Source of the DNA: Macrostomum hystrix
Taxonomy: Eukaryota > Animalia > Platyhelminthes
Direction: 5' to 3'
Length of the DNA: 64,000 nt
NCBI GenBank assembly: GCA_950097015.1
Contig: CATNEN010000039.1
Coordinates: 1,922,001 to 1,986,000 of the forward strand
Shown here: in pieces, positions 60,153-64,000 of the stretch
Layout of the letters: each line of letters starts with the position of its first letter
Position numbering within the stretch: position 1 is the first letter of the stretch
Notes under the pieces: generated by a model
Told to the model about the DNA's origin: nothing
What the model saw: the letters and a program-made list of their open reading frames with translations, nothing else
The model's database searches: none
Made by a program: the position numbers and the translations under genes

Positions 60153-60742
60153 GCTTTTAGTTCTCAAGGTGAGCTATCTCAGCCGAGGTGCTCACAGCTT
60201 GTGTTTTCAGCTTTTTCCTAGCCAAATTTAAAGCGAGAGACTGCCACACAGAGGGCACACCCGCCTCACCTCCAAGAGCTCAACTTTTAGAGGCGTTTTC
60301 ACAGCACGGTCCCCTTCCTGCGCTCCAATTGGTTTCACTGGGACACGGATGCGGACAGAGGGTAGAGATTGGAAAGAGACAGGTGGGAATGAGCGCTTGC
60401 GACTGTTATTGTTGCCATAGAAACGAAAGGCTGATTGCCTTCCCTTCCTTTCCCTTGATGGCTCAGGGGAATCTTGAGCGGAGCTGAGGAGGGCTCTGGG
60501 AGATCATTGTGAAGCGACAGCAGTTCAGTTCTGATTCTTGCGTCACGGTTCGCAATCATGTACACTTCAGCCCACTGAAATAGGCCATTGTTAGAGCGGT
60601 TAGAGAGCCTTGCATATGCAACACGCCCAGGGAACTGGGGAACTGTCGCATTGAAAATGAGTCACCTGCAGATAGTCTCAATGCGAGAAAGTATTTTTTA
60701 CGATTTTTCCAAAACCAAATGAATGTATTTTAACAAAGCACC

Positions 60743-62332
60743 AGAGACAGAGTGACACAATCTCTGTGAGACAGAGTGACACAATCTCTGTGAGACAGAG
60801 TGACACAATCTCTGTGAGACAGAGTGACACAATCTCTGTGAGACAGAGTGACACAATCTCACTGAGACAGAGTGACACAATCTCTGTGAGACAGAGTGAC
60901 ACAATCTCTGTGAAACAGAGTGACACATTCTCTGTGAGACAGAGTGACACATTCTCTGTGAGACAGAGTGACACATTCTCTGTGAGACAGAGTGACACAT
61001 TCTCTGTGAGACAGAGTGACACATTCTCTGTGAGACAGAGTGACACATTCTCTGTGAGACAGAGTGACACAATCTCTGTGAGACAGAGTGACACAATCTC
61101 TGTGAGACAGAGTGACACAATCTCTGTGAGACAGAGTGACACAATCTCACTGAGACAGAGTGACACAATCTCTGTGAGACAGAGTGACACAATCTCACTG
61201 AGACAGAGTGACACATTCTCTGTGAGACAGAGTGACACAATCTCTGTGAGACAGAGTGACACAATCTCTGTGAGACAGAGTGACACAATCTCTGTGAGAC
61301 AGAGTGACACAATCTCTGTGAGACAGAGTGACACAATCTCACTGAGACAGAGTGACACAATCTCACTGAGACAGAGTGACATAATCTCACTGAGACAGAG
61401 TGACACAATCTCTGTGAGACTGAGTGACACAATCTCCCTGAGACAGAGGGACACAATCTCCCTGAGACAGAGTGACACAATCTCCCTGAGACAGAGTGAC
61501 ACAATCTCCCTGAGACAGAGGGACACAATCTCACTGAGACAGATGACACAATCTCACTGAGACAGAGGCACACAATCTCACTGAGACAGATGACACAATC
61601 TCACTGAGACAGATGACACAATCTCACTGAGACAGAGTGACACAATCTCCCTGAGACAGAGTGACACAATCTCACTGAGACAGAGTGACACAATCTCCCT
61701 GAGACAGAGTGACACAATCTCACTGAGACAGAGTGACATAATCTCACTGAGACAGAGTGACACAATCTCCCTGAGACAGAGTGACACAATCTCACTGAGA
61801 CAGAGTGACACAATCTCACTGAGACAGAGTGACACAATCTCCCTGAGACAGAGTGACACAATCTCACTGAGACAGAGTGACATAATCTCACTGAGACAGA
61901 GTGACACAATCTCCCTGAGACAGAGTGACACAATCTCCCTGAGAGAGAGTGACACAATCTCCCTGAGACAGAGTGACACAATCTCACTGAGACAGAGGGA
62001 CACAATCTCACTGAGACAGAGGGACACAATCTCCCTGAGACAGAGGGACACAATCTCACTGAGACAGATGACACAATCTCCCTGAGACAGAGGGACACAA
62101 TCTCACTGAGACAGATGACACAATCTCACTGAGACAGAGGGACACAATCTCACTGAGACAGATGACACAATCTAGCTGAGACAGATGACACAATCTCACT
62201 GAGACAGAGTGACACAATCTCCCTGAGACAGAGTGACACAATCTCACTGAGACAGATGGACACAATCTCCCTGAGACAGATAACACAATCTCACTGAGAC
62301 AGAGTGACACAATCTCACTCTGAGTGAGACAG
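60743..62332. repeat. 24-bp intronic minisatellite (TGAGACAGAGTGACACAATCTCTG)n
   Basis: About 65 units. Confidence 0.95.
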
Positions 62333-62627
62333 AATCGCAGAGTTTCCTTGGTCAAGCTGTCGCAGAAAGAGTCTCAGCGATCCACGCTCAAACCAGGCCA
62401 CCAGTACTCACCAGTTTAAGTGTCATTTTATGCTGAGCAAACAATTTTAGCAGGCTTGCCACGGTTGGGTAATTCGGATTTACTGAGTTAATAATGGCTC
62501 AGTTGAAATAATGGACTGACTCCATTCCACAGCCCAGCTGTTCACACTAAAATATGGCGAACCCGATGTGCCGTAAAATACGAACTGGTCAAACCAGAAT
62601 GTGGGAGAGATAAGTGGGTGAGTGGGG

Positions 62628-63540
62628 TGAGATTTGTGAATGATTGACAGTGAGATTTGTGAGTTATTGGGAGTGAGATTTGGGATGATTGATAGTGAGA
62701 TTTGTGAATGATTGACAGTAATATTTGTGAATGATTGGGAGTGAGATTTGTGAATGATTGACAGTAAGATTTGTGAATGATTGACAGTAAGATTTGTGAA
62801 TGATTGACAGTAAGATTTGTGAATGATTGGGAGTGAGATTTGTGAATGATTGACAGTAAGATTTGTGAATGATTGGGAGTGAGATTTGTGAATGATTGAC
62901 AGTAAGATTTGTGAATGATTGGGAGTGAGATTTGTGAATGATTGACAGTAAGATTTGTGAATGATTGACAGTAAGATTTGTGAATGATTGGGAGTGAGAT
63001 TTGTGAATGATTGACAGTAAGATTTGTGAATGATTGGGAGTGAGTTTTGTGAATGATTGACAGTAAGATTTGTGAATGATTGACAGTAAGATTTGTGAAT
63101 GATTGACAGTAAGATTTGTGAATGATTGACAGTAAGATTTGTGAATGATTGGGAGTGAGATTTGTGAATGATTGACAGTAAGATTTGTGAATGATTGGGA
63201 GTGAGATTTGTGAATGATTGACAGTAAGATTTGTGAATGATTGACAGTAAGATTTGTGAATGATTGACAGTAAGATTTGTGAATGATTGACAGTAAGATT
63301 TGTGAATGATTGACAGTAAGATTTGTGAATGATTGGGAGTGAGATTTGTGAATGATTGACAGTAAGATTTGTGAATGATTGGGAGTGAGATTTGTGAATG
63401 ATTGACAGTAAGATTTGTGAATGATTGGGAGTGAGATTTGTGAATGATTGGGAGTGAGATTTGTGAATGATTGGGAGTGAGATTTGTGAATGATTGGGAG
63501 TGAGATCTGTGATACTGTGAGGGTGAGATTTGTGAGGCTT
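62628..63540. repeat. 23-bp intronic minisatellite (GATTTGTGAATGATTGACAGTAA)n
   Basis: About 38 units; a related 23-bp array starts at 63903 and runs off the right edge. Confidence 0.94.
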
Positions 63541-64000
63541 TGAGAGTGAGACTTACTAGGCTGCGGCAGTAAGATTTACAAGGCTTTGAGCAAGTCATGC
63601 TGCTCCCAGTCAAACCGATCCGATCAGACTCACACTAGCCGCATCCAGTGGCGCCCTGACTGACAAGAGTATGCCGACTGCCTCCTCGCTGCCAGACAGC
63701 ACCGCCTGGTGCAGCGGCGTCATTCCTTTGAAGTCCGGCTTGCAGCGCATCCTGCCACTCTCCGCCACAGAGTGAGACACTGCGGGACCGATTCATGACT
63801 GAGGTAAACTACTTACAGTAGAAATGAGTGGTTATTCGGCCTTCATTGTCTCTGGCTGCGATGCTGGCGCCGCGATCCAGCAGCAGCTGCGAGCGGACGG
63901 CAGTGAGGTTTGTGAGGCTGTGAGAATGAGATTTGTGAGGCTGTAGGGTGAGATTTGTGTGGCTGTGGGAGTGAAATTTGTGAGGCTGTGGGGTGAGATT

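Larger units (their letters stand above)
42898..63886 (-). pseudogene. TRPA-family ankyrin cation channel, probable pseudogene (5' end beyond the right edge)
   Basis: Ankyrin exons 63817-63886, 63634-63779, 57384-57508, 53831-54063 (copies at 51512-51744 and 49162-49394), 47965-48076, 47709-47878. TRPA linker KVLDNC (~47089-47148) and LLTHPL..HKW (46919-~47035). S1 46699-46842, S2 46525-46635, S3-S4 46191-46357, S5 GIYAMMFQDVLRT (~45981-46091), pore/S6 45428-45588 (..ALINLL), VGLAVGDI 45267-45333, C-terminal exon ending at 43089 (FPRWLQKRLHRKTMKLYPNK). In-frame TAG at 46259-46261 plus several frameshifts. Confidence 0.8.

Noticed and set aside
62412-62590. Possible extra TRPA exon (NPNYPTVASLLKLF.., GTGAGT donor)
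   Set aside because: The phase does not fit, and exons 63634-63779 and 57384-57508 already join into a clean ankyrin repeat.
159-63613. Other repetitive ORFs ([37 protein letters not shown] and similar)
   Set aside because: All coincide with intronic tandem arrays and are often open in several frames; there is no independent coding evidence.

Overview
Eukaryotic (metazoan) DNA with GC-rich exons, GT-AG introns and a different minisatellite in almost every large intron; the style resembles the flatworm Macrostomum (inference only). Left: Rabankyrin-5/ANKFY1 on the minus strand (12 exons seen; the FYVE exons lie beyond the left edge), head-to-head with a complete 14-exon UBR3-type N-recognin E3 ligase on the plus strand. 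Middle: a solo LTR, a chimeric patch, a decayed BEL/Pao integrase, a universal-stress-protein-like gene and a LINE 3' fragment. Right: a TRPA-type ankyrin channel gene on the minus strand with an in-frame stop and several frameshifts (probable pseudogene). Its introns hold an intact DD34D mariner, tRNA-derived SINEs, a tandem triplication of one ankyrin exon, and an intact, intronless, membrane-anchored FkbM-family methyltransferase ORF. The strongest oddity is that the sequences directly before the ATG and directly after the stop codon of this ORF recur, inverted, at about 37.15-37.74 kb around a different short filler. That looks like a start-to-stop ORF cassette in filled and empty states. 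Most long ORFs in the track are minisatellite artefacts. Splice coordinates were read by eye.
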